Below are positions 1-9,230 of a stretch of 32,000 bases of DNA, one piece after another. Each line of letters opens with the position of its first letter. Positions within the stretch are counted from its first letter, which is position 1. Origin of the DNA: an uncultured Acidobacteriaceae bacterium (GTDB taxonomy: Bacteria; Acidobacteriota; Terriglobia; Terriglobales; Acidobacteriaceae); contig CAVSBD010000004.1 in the NCBI GenBank assembly GCA_963726095.1, positions 144,681 through 176,680 of the forward strand, read 5' to 3'. Position numbers and translations under genes: made by a program. The notes below the pieces were generated by a model, which saw only the letters and a program-made list of their open reading frames with translations, did not search any database and had not been told where the DNA came from.

Positions 1-16
1 CATGGAGAGGATACGA

Positions 17-2101
17 ATGCAACGTTCTACAGTATTGACTGCGTTTCAGCGGGCCGCCGCCCTTTTTCTCGCCGCCACCATGGTGCCAGCCGGGTGGGCG
101 CAGGACTCGTCGTCCTCGTCCATGCCCAGCGCGCCCTCGGCGCAGGTACAAACCGGAAACGGCCAGACCGGAAGCGCTCAGCCGCCCATGCCGTCGAAGT
201 CGCAGCCCTTTGACGTGAAGGAGTATTCGAAGCCGCGGTCGGCCTTTCCGAACCTGATCGCACCTTACACTGCGCGTCACGTCGCGCCTCCGAACCTCGC
301 CAACACCCCACGCATCGACGAGCTGATGCATGACGGCAAGATTTACGTTTCGATGAACGACGCGGTGGCTCTCGCGCTCGAAAACAACCTCGACATCGCC
401 ATCGCCCGCTACAACCTGAATATTGCAGACACCGACGTGTGGCGTGCTAAAGCTGGATCCGCCATTCTCGGCGTTAATAGCGGCGTGGTGCAGAACACAC
501 CGGGCGGCGGCGTCGGCGGACTCGGCGCTCAGGTGGGCTCAGGACAAGGCGGAACCTCCGTGGCCGCTGGCGGCGCCGGCACCGGCACCGGTGGTCTGGT
601 CGTATCGACCCTCGGGAGTGGGCCGAATATTCAGAGTTTTGATCCGATTCTGACGGGCACGCTCCAATTCGACCGCCAGAAATCCCTTTGCTCCAATCCT
701 TTCTGCGTTCCGAGCGAGACCAACACGACCACGACAAATTTTGGTTATTCGCAAGGGTTTCAGTGGGGCACGAACCTGAACGTGAACTTCAACAATACGC
801 GGACGACCAACGATAGCACCCTGAATCAGCTCAGCCCCAACCTGACATCTGGCTTCAAGGCTCAGGTCACCCAGCACTTGTTACAGGGCTTCGGATTCGC
901 GCCGAACACCCGCTTCATTCAGATCGCCAAGAACAATCGCGAAATCTCCGACGTGGCGTTTCGTCTGCAGATCATCACGACGGTCGATCAGATCGAAAAC
1001 ATGTACTGGGATCTGGTCTACGCTTATGAGAACGTTCGGGTTCAGAAAGAACAGCTAGCCTTCGCACAAAAAACTCTTTCAGATAACAAGAAGCAAGTCG
1101 AAATCGGAACCCTGGCGCCGATCGAAGTAGTCCGGGCGCAGAGCACGGTGGCCACCAACCAGCAAACTTTGACCGTCGCGGAGACCAATCTTCAACTCGA
1201 ACAACTGCTGGTTAAGAATGCTATCAGTCGTACGCTCGTGGATCCGGTGCTAGCCGACGCCGATGTAATCCCGACTTCGACCATGGAACTGCCAGCACAG
1301 GAACCCGTGGTCCCTACGCAGGACCTGGTCAATGATGCGCTGGCTCATCGCACCGAACTGTCGCTCGCGCGCATCAATCTCACCAATACCGACATCAGCA
1401 ACAAAGCGATTCGCAACGCTCTTTTGCCAAGCCTTGACGCGTTCGCGTATTACAGCGGTAATGGATTGGGTGGGTCGCAGAACGGAAACTACATCTGCTT
1501 GGTCGACCCGACCAACGGCCTGTGTCCGCCGACGTACGTGCCAGTGCCTACCGTCTCGTACGGTGCGACCCTGAATCAGTTGGTCAATTCGACCGCACCG
1601 GATAAAGGGTTGGGCTTGCAACTTACGATTCCGCTCCGCAACCGTGCCGCCCAAGCAACGCAGGTACGGTCGGAGTTTGAATACCGCCAAGCACAACTGC
1701 GCATCCAGCAGATCGAAAACCAGGTGCGGATCGAGGTGCGGAACGCGCAGTTTGGCGTGCAGCAGAACCGAGCGAGCGTCGCGTCTGCCCAAGCCGCTGT
1801 CGATTTGGCGCGCCAGTCGCTGGACTCCGAGCAAAAGAAGTACGCGCTCGGCGCGTCCACCACGACGCTGGTGCTGCAGAACGAGGCCGCTCTGACCCAG
1901 TCCGAATCCACGCTCGTTTCCGCGAAGGCTTTGTACGAGAAAGCCGAAGTGGAACTGGACCGGGCAGTCGGACTGCTACTCGATCACGCAGGAATTCAGA
2001 TCGCCGAAGCCGAGCGTGGCGAAGTGACGCACACGCCCAGCATCCCGCACATCGCGCCGCGGCCCGCCGATCAAATGCCGGCATCCGCGCCAACGCAATA
2101 G
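17..2101 (+). CDS. TolC-family outer-membrane efflux channel protein (OEP family)
   Basis: ORF 2..2101. I prefer the ATG at 17 over ATG-2 because GGAGAGG (4-10) lies 6 nt upstream. Signal-like N-terminus ends AGWAQ. Motifs typical of outer membrane efflux proteins: ALENNLDIAIARYNL, EVVRAQSTVATNQQTL, SEQKKYALGASTTTLVLQNEAAL. Gly-rich insertion (GGGVGGLGAQVGSGQGG...). Assigned from motif memory. Confidence 0.85.
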   Translation: MQRSTVLTAFQRAAALFLAATMVPAGWAQDSSSSSMPSAPSAQVQTGNGQTGSAQPPMPSKSQPFDVKEYSKPRSAFPNLIAPYTARHVAPPNLANTPRIDELMHDGKIYVSMNDAVALALENNLDIAIARYNLNIADTDVWRAKAGSAILGVNSGVVQNTPGGGVGGLGAQVGSGQGGTSVAAGGAGTGTGGLVVSTLGSGPNIQSFDPILTGTLQFDRQKSLCSNPFCVPSETNTTTTNFGYSQGFQWGTNLNVNFNNTRTTNDSTLNQLSPNLTSGFKAQVTQHLLQGFGFAPNTRFIQIAKNNREISDVAFRLQIITTVDQIENMYWDLVYAYENVRVQKEQLAFAQKTLSDNKKQVEIGTLAPIEVVRAQSTVATNQQTLTVAETNLQLEQLLVKNAISRTLVDPVLADADVIPTSTMELPAQEPVVPTQDLVNDALAHRTELSLARINLTNTDISNKAIRNALLPSLDAFAYYSGNGLGGSQNGNYICLVDPTNGLCPPTYVPVPTVSYGATLNQLVNSTAPDKGLGLQLTIPLRNRAAQATQVRSEFEYRQAQLRIQQIENQVRIEVRNAQFGVQQNRASVASAQAAVDLARQSLDSEQKKYALGASTTTLVLQNEAALTQSESTLVSAKALYEKAEVELDRAVGLLLDHAGIQIAEAERGEVTHTPSIPHIAPRPADQMPASAPTQ

Positions 2102-2231
2102 CAGGAAGAATTAAACAATCGCGGGCGGTCCGGCCGATGCGCGTTCTTTTATCGCAGGAGCGGCGTACGGGCGGATCGCCCGCATTTGTCTTTGTCTTTG
2201 CCGCCAGCCGCCAGTCGCGTATTCTCTCATC

Positions 2232-3125
2232 GTGATCCTTTCCGTAGTCGTCATCACTCACAACGAAGAGGCCAACATTGGACGCACGCTTGCCAGCCTG
2301 CAACCGCTGGTCGCCGACGGGAAAGGTGAGGTGATCGTCGTCGACTCAGGATCAAACGACCGCACCGTCGAGATCGCAAAATCATTTGGAGCAAAAGTCT
2401 TCATCGAGGAATGGAAGGGGTACGCGGCGCAGAAGAACTCGGCCATCGACAAGGCGGAGGGGGATTGGATATTGAGTTTGGATGCGGACGAGGAGGTCGA
2501 ACCCGCGCTCGCGGAGGAGATCAATGAAGTCTTCCCTCTGAATCCTCCTACCCGCGAGGAGCTTCTCGCGGGGGCGAACAATCCCGGTCCACGCCTTGAG
2601 GGACGGGACTTACGCGCAGCAATGAAAATTGCTAGAGCGCGCGGCTTCAAGCGCGTCATGATCCCGGTTATGGGTTATCGAATTCCTCGCAAGAACGAAT
2701 TCCTGGGACGCCGGCTCAAACATGGCGGGTTCTGGCCGGACCCAAAGATGCGATTATTCAGAAAGGGGTTTGCTCGATTCGAAGATCGCGCGGTACATGA
2801 AGACGCTCACCTGACCGAAGGCATGGCGATGCACTTGAAATGTGCGCTTATCCACCACTCCTACCCTACCCTCGCCGACTACATCGACCACATGAACAGC
2901 TATTCGTCGCTGGGTGCGGAAATGCTCGTGGCAAAGGGGCGTACGCGATTCAGCCTCTTCAACATCGTCCTGCGCCCTGCGGCGACTTTTTTCTACAACT
3001 ATTTTCTTCGCCTCGGATTTCTCGACGGCCGCGAAGGGTTTCTCGTGCACCTGTATCACGCTGTTTACGTTTCATGGAAATACGCCAAGGCTTGGGAACT
3101 GGGCCGTCAGAATCCCAAGGCGTAG
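2232..3125 (+). CDS. Family 2 glycosyltransferase (WaaE/KdtX-like LPS-core type)
   Basis: GTG-start ORF. The N-terminus ILSVVVITHNEEANIGRTLASL and the DxD-type LSLDADEEV are classic GT-A/GT2 signatures. The C-terminal YRIPRKNEFLGRRLKHGGFWPDPKMRLFRKG...VHE block is typical of this subgroup. Confidence 0.85.
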   Translation: MILSVVVITHNEEANIGRTLASLQPLVADGKGEVIVVDSGSNDRTVEIAKSFGAKVFIEEWKGYAAQKNSAIDKAEGDWILSLDADEEVEPALAEEINEVFPLNPPTREELLAGANNPGPRLEGRDLRAAMKIARARGFKRVMIPVMGYRIPRKNEFLGRRLKHGGFWPDPKMRLFRKGFARFEDRAVHEDAHLTEGMAMHLKCALIHHSYPTLADYIDHMNSYSSLGAEMLVAKGRTRFSLFNIVLRPAATFFYNYFLRLGFLDGREGFLVHLYHAVYVSWKYAKAWELGRQNPKA

Positions 3126-3782
3126 CTACTTTCTCCCCTCGCGTTTCTGGGCCAGTACCAACCCACGCGGCGTCGGCAGCAGCACCACGGAAATCAGGCC
3201 ATCGTGCTCCAGCTTCATCGCGGCATCCCTCACGACCTTTAAATGCGAACTCGCGTCGTGCATCAGAATCACACCAAATGGGTTAATCTGCGGGAGAAAA
3301 CGGCGAATTTCCTGCTCGCGGATGGGCACGTCGCTGTCGCTGAAAAAAAGATCGATCGTGCCGTCGACTTTCATCTCGAGGCTCGATTCATTGCGCAATT
3401 CAATCCAATCGCCAAGTCCCGAAGCAGCGATCCGCGCTTTGGCGTTCTCATAGATCGCGGAATCAAACTCGCAGCTGACAATGCGCCCGCGCCCATTTGC
3501 TTTCAATCCTTCCGCGATCCACAACGTACTGATGCCGCTGAAAGTGCCGGTCTCGACGACCAGCTCAGGCTTGATGGTGGTGACGAGGGTGCGGAGGAAC
3601 TCCAGCACCTCGGCCTCGGCCGTCATCGAATCGAACATGCGCCAGCGCTCGGGATGCGGACACTCCGGCGTGGGCCGATGATATTCGGGCTGGAGCTGGT
3701 CGCCGGAGCGCTCAATCTGGCGCAGGATGCGGCGTTCCTGTTTTTCCTTTTTTCCGAAGAGACGGCGAAGGCTGAGAGACAT
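3126..3782 (-). CDS. Class I SAM-dependent O-methyltransferase (family 3 / Methyltransf_24-like)
   Basis: SAM motif I VVETGTFSGISTLWIAEGL, then RIVSCEFD and the acidic FFSDSD block in the usual order. ATG start at 3782. Its stop codon directly abuts the stop of the convergent GT2 gene. Confidence 0.75.
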   Translation of the reverse strand: MSLSLRRLFGKKEKQERRILRQIERSGDQLQPEYHRPTPECPHPERWRMFDSMTAEAEVLEFLRTLVTTIKPELVVETGTFSGISTLWIAEGLKANGRGRIVSCEFDSAIYENAKARIAASGLGDWIELRNESSLEMKVDGTIDLFFSDSDVPIREQEIRRFLPQINPFGVILMHDASSHLKVVRDAAMKLEHDGLISVVLLPTPRGLVLAQKREGRK

Positions 3783-3805
3783 GCGTAGAGAAGTCTACAG
3801 GAGAA

Positions 3806-3833
3806 GGTGTCAGGTCTTAGGTGTCAGGTCTCA
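3806..3833. repeat. Tandem direct repeat, 2 x 14 bp (GGTGTCAGGTCTTA / GGTGTCAGGTCTCA)
   Basis: Read directly. 13/14 identical and head-to-tail. It starts 24 nt upstream of the methyltransferase start (3782, minus strand) and lies downstream of glgC. Confidence 0.9.
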
Positions 3834-3891
3834 GGAAAATCTTCACGGATCGGGGCTCGGTTTTCTTCAGACCTGGCGCCAGAGAATTTCC

Positions 3892-5142
3892 CTACTCGCT
3901 CGTAAAATAATCCACGGCCACTGGATTTTCAAACAGCGAGTAATCTCGCGTCACGATTGTGATCCCGCTCTCAGTGACGAAATACTGCTCGCGGTCGGCG
4001 TCGAGATCGTAGCCGATGCTGGTCCCCTCCGGGATATGCACGTTGCGGTCGATGATCGCTTTCCGAATGCGGCAACTGCGGCCAATATTCACGTGCGAAA
4101 ACAGAATGCTGCTGTCGATTTCGGTGTAGGAGTTGACGCGCACATCCGGCGACAGGACACTATTCTGCACCGATCCGCCGGAAATAATGCATCCTGAAGA
4201 AACCAGGGAATCGACGGCGCGGCCGGTGCGGCCGCTCTCGGCGAACACGAATTTCGCCGGCGGGTACTGGCGCTGATGCGTGCGAATCGGCCACGCGTCA
4301 TCGTAGAGGTTGAACACTGGCGAAACCGAAACCAGATCCATGTTGGCTTCGTAATAGGCTTCGAGCGTCCCCACGTCGCGCCAGTAGAGCGCCTCTTTCT
4401 TGTTTTCATCGACAAAATTGAAGGAGAACACGCGATAGTTCTCGAGCATTTTAGGCAGAATATTCTTGCCAAAATCGTGGCTGGAGTTCGGGTCCTCCGC
4501 ATCTTTGAGGAGCACCGGAATCAGCACATCGGTATTGAAAATATAGATTCCCATCGATGCCGAGATCTTCGTCGGATCGTAGGGCGAGCGCAGATCGGTG
4601 TGCAGCGGCTTTTCGAGGAAGCCGGTGATGCGGTGGTCGTTGTCCATGTCGACCACTCCAAAATGGCGGCATTCGGCGGGGTCGGTGGTCAGGGTCGCGA
4701 CGGTTACGTCGGCGCCGGCGTCCACATGCTGCTGCAGCATGCGCCCGTAGTTCATTTTGTAGATGTGGTCGCCGGAGAGAATGATCACGTACTTCGGCTG
4801 CTCTGATCCGATGGAATAAATATTCTGATAGACCGCGTCGGCGGTTCCCATATACCAGTTTTCGCTGACCCGCTTCATGGGCGGCAGAATTTCGATGAAC
4901 TCACCGATCTCGCGGCCAAAAATATTCCAGCCTTCGCGAATCTGGCGATTCAGCGACAGCGCCTTGTATTGCGTAAGTATGTAAACCCGCCGCAGGCCGG
5001 AATTGACGCAGTTGGACAGCGTGATGTCGATGATGCGATAGATTCCACCGAAGGTCACCGCCGGTTTAGCACGGTCGCGAGTGAGCGGATAGAGGCGCTC
5101 GCCTGCGCCTCCGGCGAGCAAAATTCCAAGGGTATCTTTCAT
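3892..5142 (-). CDS. glgC: Glucose-1-phosphate adenylyltransferase (ADP-glucose pyrophosphorylase)
   Basis: Diagnostic N-terminus LGILLAGGAGERLYPLTRDRAKPAVTFGGIYRIIDITLSNCVNSG and a C-terminal left-handed beta-helix region. The track ORF begins at a TTG (5193). I prefer the ATG at 5142 (MKDTLGILLAGG), which matches the usual N-terminus. Confidence 0.92.
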   Translation of the reverse strand: MKDTLGILLAGGAGERLYPLTRDRAKPAVTFGGIYRIIDITLSNCVNSGLRRVYILTQYKALSLNRQIREGWNIFGREIGEFIEILPPMKRVSENWYMGTADAVYQNIYSIGSEQPKYVIILSGDHIYKMNYGRMLQQHVDAGADVTVATLTTDPAECRHFGVVDMDNDHRITGFLEKPLHTDLRSPYDPTKISASMGIYIFNTDVLIPVLLKDAEDPNSSHDFGKNILPKMLENYRVFSFNFVDENKKEALYWRDVGTLEAYYEANMDLVSVSPVFNLYDDAWPIRTHQRQYPPAKFVFAESGRTGRAVDSLVSSGCIISGGSVQNSVLSPDVRVNSYTEIDSSILFSHVNIGRSCRIRKAIIDRNVHIPEGTSIGYDLDADREQYFVTESGITIVTRDYSLFENPVAVDYFTSE

Positions 5143-5256
5143 TGGCACACCGTAAGGGACCCAACGCGCTACGGGCGCGTGTGCTCCGCTCAACGCGACA
5201 TACTAGCACAGGCTCGCGATACTATGACCAGCGCTCCTCGGCCAGAGCTGCTCACG

Positions 5257-5288
5257 GCAAAAAGAAAGCGGCATGCGAGACATGCCGC
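5257..5288 (-). terminator. Rho-independent terminator of the sugar dehydrogenase gene
   Basis: Perfect 8-bp stem GCGGCATG (5268-5275) / CATGCCGC (5281-5288) with a 5-nt loop. On the minus strand it is followed by TTTCTTTTTG. It lies 69 nt downstream of the stop at 5357. Confidence 0.65.
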
Positions 5289-5356
5289 CCTGAGAAGAAG
5301 GATATTGTTCAGAACCGATGACCGGCATCTGCCCGGACGCTGACCGCTGAAAGCTC

Positions 5357-6715
5357 TTAGCAGTGGACGATCTTGTCGCTCTTGATGCCACGCGTCGCGT
5401 TTCGCGAATCGACTACAAGCTTCGCCTCCTGGACGATCTTCTTGTAGTCGTAATCGGTGTGATCGGTGACGATGAGCACGCAATCGTACTGGCCAAGGTT
5501 ATCGAGCGGGGAGCACTTCATCTGCAGATCGTATTTTCGTCCGCGCCCGACGAACGGGAAATAGGGGTCGTTGTAGCTGACCACAGCTCCCTCTTTCTGC
5601 AACAGTTCGATGATGGTCAGCGCCGGTGATTCACGCAGATCGTCGATGTCTTTCTTGTAGGCGACGCCGAGAATCAGAATCTTCGATCCGTTGATCGCCT
5701 TCTTCTGACGATTGAGCGCGGAGATCGTCGAGGCGATCACGTGGTAAGGCATGGCGACGTTGATCTCGCCGGCCAGTTCAATGAAGCGGGTGTGGAAGTC
5801 GAATTCCTTCGCCTTCCAGGAAAGATAAAACGGGTCGACGGGAATGCAGTGGCCGCCGAGACCCGGTCCCGGATAAAACGGATGGAACCCGAAGGGCTTG
5901 GTCGCGGCCGCGTCGATGATTTCCCAGATGTTAAGGTCCATGCGCAGACAAAGCATCTTGAGTTCGTTGACCAGCGCGATGTTGACGCAGCGATAAATAT
6001 TCTCAAGCAACTTTGTCATCTCCGCGGCAGCGGGCGACGACACCGGAACGGTGCGGCGGAAGATGGAACCATAGAGCGCCGCAGCGATTTCGCTGGCTTG
6101 AGGATCGAGTCCGCCAATCACTTTCGGAATATCGTGACGCGCGACCTGCGTGTTTCCTGGATCCTCGCGTTCGGGCGAGAAAGCGATCCAAATTTCGTTG
6201 TCGCCGGCGGCGCCCTTGCGAGAGGCCTTCAGGCCAGCTTTGTTTTCGTTTTCAAGAATCGGAATCAGAACTTCTTCGGTGGTACCGGGATAGGTAGTGC
6301 TCTCAAGAATGACAATTTGCCCGGCGCGAAGATAGGGCGCGACCGCGTGGGCAGTGTTCGTGATATAGCTCAGATCAGGCTCGTGATATTCGTTCAGCGG
6401 CGTCGGGACGCAGATGATTATGGCGTCCATCGCCGTGATCTGCGAATAGTCGGCCGTGGCCTTGAAGCCGTTCGCCTTGGCCGCGGCGATTTCCTCGGGC
6501 GTGATGCGGAAGATGTAGGTTCCACCGTTGGCCAGCGTGTCGATTTTGCGCTGGTCGATATCGAATCCGGTGACTGGGAACTTCTGCTCGCTGTAAAGAA
6601 GCGCCAGGGGCAGCCCAACATAGCCGAGCCCGATGATTCCTACACGAGCCTTGCGGGCATCGATGCGGCTTTTGAGATCAGTGATGAGGGACGAAGAGGT
6701 GAGTTGAGTATTCAT
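5357..6715 (-). CDS. Nucleotide-sugar dehydrogenase (UDP-N-acetyl-D-hexosamine / UDP-glucose 6-dehydrogenase family)
   Basis: N-terminal Rossmann VGIIGLGYVGLPLALLYS, catalytic-region GGHCIPVDP and a C-terminal UDP-binding domain. The track start at 6778 is TTG. I prefer the ATG at 6715 (MNTQLTSSS). Confidence 0.88.
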   Translation of the reverse strand: MNTQLTSSSLITDLKSRIDARKARVGIIGLGYVGLPLALLYSEQKFPVTGFDIDQRKIDTLANGGTYIFRITPEEIAAAKANGFKATADYSQITAMDAIIICVPTPLNEYHEPDLSYITNTAHAVAPYLRAGQIVILESTTYPGTTEEVLIPILENENKAGLKASRKGAAGDNEIWIAFSPEREDPGNTQVARHDIPKVIGGLDPQASEIAAALYGSIFRRTVPVSSPAAAEMTKLLENIYRCVNIALVNELKMLCLRMDLNIWEIIDAAATKPFGFHPFYPGPGLGGHCIPVDPFYLSWKAKEFDFHTRFIELAGEINVAMPYHVIASTISALNRQKKAINGSKILILGVAYKKDIDDLRESPALTIIELLQKEGAVVSYNDPYFPFVGRGRKYDLQMKCSPLDNLGQYDCVLIVTDHTDYDYKKIVQEAKLVVDSRNATRGIKSDKIVHC

Positions 6716-6883
6716 AGTAGCAGAGCTAATTTTAGCATCGGAAATCGCGTGCGAGCTCCGGAACCTGCGCCGTGGCAATGATTTTCATGCGATTGTTACA
6801 GTGCCGCGAGCGATCTTGATTACCGAAGTAATCGAATTCGCGCTTGAAGCGGATTCCTTAGTAACATTCGAGAAGAAATCACC

Positions 6884-6917
6884 GACGAGAAAAGTGACGA
6901 GAAAAACGACGAGAAAA
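6884..6917 (+). repeat. Three phased direct repeats of GACGAGAAAA (12-bp period) abutting a start codon
   Basis: Copies start at 6884, 6896 and 6908. The last copy ends 1 nt before the ATG at 6919. Confidence 0.9.
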
Positions 6918-6918
6918 A

Positions 6919-7491
6919 ATGCGACTCATTCGAATATTCATTGTTCTGCTCGTAGTGCTTTTTGTGTTCGCGAGCCAGGCGGCTCGCATTCTGGTCGTTG
7001 ACCAACCTCTGAAGTCCGACGCCATTGTAGTGCTGGCCGGCGAAACCCAGGCGCGTCCTGCGCGCGCTCTCGAACTGCTACGCCAAGGGATGGCGCCCCG
7101 TATATTTCTGGACGCCGAAGGCCGAAATCAGGTCTACGATCAGAAACTAATCGACATCGCGCAGCACTATGCGAGCAGTCTTCCTGAAGCCAGCCAAGTT
7201 TCGGTTTGCCCGATTCTAGGATTTTCGACGACCACCGAATCCGACGACATCGAGCGCTGCCTGCGGCCTTTGGGCGCGCATCGCATTTTGATTGTGACAT
7301 CCGAGTTTCACACGCGCCGCGCTTTGATGATCCTTCGCCATCGCTTACCGCAATACCAGTTCAGCGTCGCAGCAGCCTACAACTCGTGGGAATACGGAGA
7401 AAAGTGGTGGACCAACCGCGAGTGGGCGAAGACCACTTTCGACGAGTGGATAAAGATGCTGTGGTGGGAGTTGGTCGATCGCTGGCGCTAG
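6919..7491 (+). CDS. YdcF/ElyC-like DUF218 family protein, membrane anchored
   Basis: N-terminal hydrophobic anchor IFIVLLVVLFVFA, then DAIVVLAG...RPARALELLRQG and ILIVTSEFHTRRA, which are the DUF218 core motifs. Confidence 0.72.
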   Translation: MRLIRIFIVLLVVLFVFASQAARILVVDQPLKSDAIVVLAGETQARPARALELLRQGMAPRIFLDAEGRNQVYDQKLIDIAQHYASSLPEASQVSVCPILGFSTTTESDDIERCLRPLGAHRILIVTSEFHTRRALMILRHRLPQYQFSVAAAYNSWEYGEKWWTNREWAKTTFDEWIKMLWWELVDRWR

Positions 7492-7566
7492 AATTGTGCA
7501 TCGACGACTGGCAACTTCTGTTCAGCTGCGATAGTTTGAAAGCTACTCATTCTCCCTGGAGGTTGC

Positions 7567-7794
7567 ATGGCGCAAGTCACGATTACGGTGCGCAATAACG
7601 GTCCTTTGCGCGTGGAAGATCCAAACGGCCTTGTCGAAATTGTTGACGCCGAAGGCAAGAAATACGATCTGACCGGCAAGCCCGCTTTTTCTCTTTGCCG
7701 CTGCGGCGCTTCCGCAAACAAGCCCTTTTGTGACGGAAGTCACAAGCTCACCTTGCCAACGCCGGCGGCGGATACCACGGTCAAGATCTCCTAG
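7567..7794 (+). CDS. CDGSH iron-sulfur domain protein (mitoNEET-like, single domain)
   Basis: Exact CDGSH signature CRCGASANKPFCDGSH. GGAGG lies 5 nt upstream of the ATG. Confidence 0.88.
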   Translation: MAQVTITVRNNGPLRVEDPNGLVEIVDAEGKKYDLTGKPAFSLCRCGASANKPFCDGSHKLTLPTPAADTTVKIS

Positions 7795-7998
7795 CAATTC
7801 GCGGACTGTTCAGCCAGCCCCTAAACTGTCCCGCTAGTGTCGAACTGGCAACACCGGCGGCGAAATTGCGTGCCGCGACGTTCTGTTGTGATCTAGCATA
7901 GTCGATAGATATAGAACGAGGGACAAGTGTGGCCGGAGCCCCGGCGTCGCTTGGCGATCTGTGTTGCCGGGCGGAAGCAATTTCCGCCTGCTAACTTT

Positions 7999-9183
7999 AT
8001 GGACGCTTCGGAAAAAAATCAGCAGGCGATTCGGCGCAGCACACGGCTACCGCTCGAAGTACCGGTGCTGGTGACGAGCCTCGATCCCGCTTCACCGTTT
8101 TCGGAACGCTGCAACACCACCCTCGTCAACGCTCACGGCTGCGGCCTCATCGTTCCTCGTTCCATCGCTCACGGCGTTCGGGTGCGCCTGGAAATCGCGT
8201 CTGCAAAACGGCACACAACGGCACGCGTCGCCGAGGTTGTTCCCTTAGGTGGCGATCCCGAAACCTGGCTGATTGGCCTTGAGCTCGATGCTCCCGGCAA
8301 CTTCTGGGGAATCGAATACGCACCCGCCGATTGGAAAATCGAAGAGAGCGCTTCCGCCGCACCAGAACCGCGCCCAGCAGCCAAAAACACCATAGCCGAC
8401 GCCAAGCCTGTACGGCCGGGGCGTTGGCGACTCACCGACATCAGCGCGGGTGCGTGTTATCTCGAGACCGGAACGCCTTTCGCTGTCGACACTCCTGTGG
8501 TGCTGAGCATTCGTTTTTTGAACGCCGAATGCGTATTGGATGGCGTGGTGCGCGTGTCGCACCTGAATGCGGGAATGGGAGTCGAATTTACCGGAGCCAA
8601 CCCCGACGAATTGAGCACACGAGTCCAGGAACTGGTCGGCCGCCTCTCGAGCAACCGCGAGGCCCCGAAGATCTTCGTGGGTCGTAAAGAAGGCCAGCAG
8701 GCCAAGCTAAGTCCGCCAACCCAGGCGACGCAGGATGGCCCTCCCGATGCGCTTCTGGAATTGGTCTGCTCGGGGCCAACCATGACCGCCGAGCAATTCT
8801 TGAGTGATCTGCAGGCACAACGTCTCGGCAACCGGCGCGATCCACGAATCGATGTCGCCCTGCCGGTGCTGCTCAGCGGAACCGATGTGCGCGGACGGCC
8901 TCTCGATCAAAGAGTAATCACCGTCAACGTCAGCCGTCGCGGCGCGCTACTTGATCGTATCCACGGGGCCCTCAATCAGGGCGACGTAGTCTGGCTTGCC
9001 CGCTTGCACAAGAAAGAGCAGTTCCACGTCGCATGGGTCGGAGAAGAAGGCACTCCCTCCGCGGGGCAAATCGGAGTTTCGGCAGTTGATCCGAATACTG
9101 TTTTCTGGGAAGACGTCCTCAAAACGACCGCCCCGCCCGGGCTAGAGCCGGCCACGGTCCGCGACGGCGAGAAGGGCCAGTAA
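7999..9183 (+). CDS. Multi-PilZ domain protein (three PilZ-like modules)
   Basis: RxxxR motifs RRSTR and RRDPR, each followed by PLEVPV/ALPVLL strands. D/NxSxxG-type motifs: DISAGAC and a canonical NVSRRGA. The track start at 7927 is GTG; I prefer the ATG at 7999. Confidence 0.7.
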   Translation: MDASEKNQQAIRRSTRLPLEVPVLVTSLDPASPFSERCNTTLVNAHGCGLIVPRSIAHGVRVRLEIASAKRHTTARVAEVVPLGGDPETWLIGLELDAPGNFWGIEYAPADWKIEESASAAPEPRPAAKNTIADAKPVRPGRWRLTDISAGACYLETGTPFAVDTPVVLSIRFLNAECVLDGVVRVSHLNAGMGVEFTGANPDELSTRVQELVGRLSSNREAPKIFVGRKEGQQAKLSPPTQATQDGPPDALLELVCSGPTMTAEQFLSDLQAQRLGNRRDPRIDVALPVLLSGTDVRGRPLDQRVITVNVSRRGALLDRIHGALNQGDVVWLARLHKKEQFHVAWVGEEGTPSAGQIGVSAVDPNTVFWEDVLKTTAPPGLEPATVRDGEKGQ

Positions 9184-9230
9184 GGTCGGCGGGGTGATAC
9201 ACTGCCTCGCCAGAGGCCCCAGTGTCAGAC

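Noticed and set aside
2102-2231. Terminator downstream of the TolC-like gene (GGGCG-gat-CGCCC followed by ATTTGTCTTTGTCTTTG).
   Set aside because: The stem is only 5 bp with a 3-nt loop, and the T-run is interrupted. That is too weak to call.
5741-6781. 346-codon plus-strand ORF antisense to the sugar dehydrogenase gene. Similar long antisense or shadow ORFs: 27347..28894 (+), 13225..14133 (-), 23123..24052 (-), 10405..11073 (-), 1623..2303 (-) and 21574..22380 (-).
   Set aside because: Each overlaps entirely a gene with strong family signatures on the other strand or frame. Their translations are Arg/Gly/Asp-rich and low in complexity, as expected for stop-poor antisense frames in high-GC DNA.
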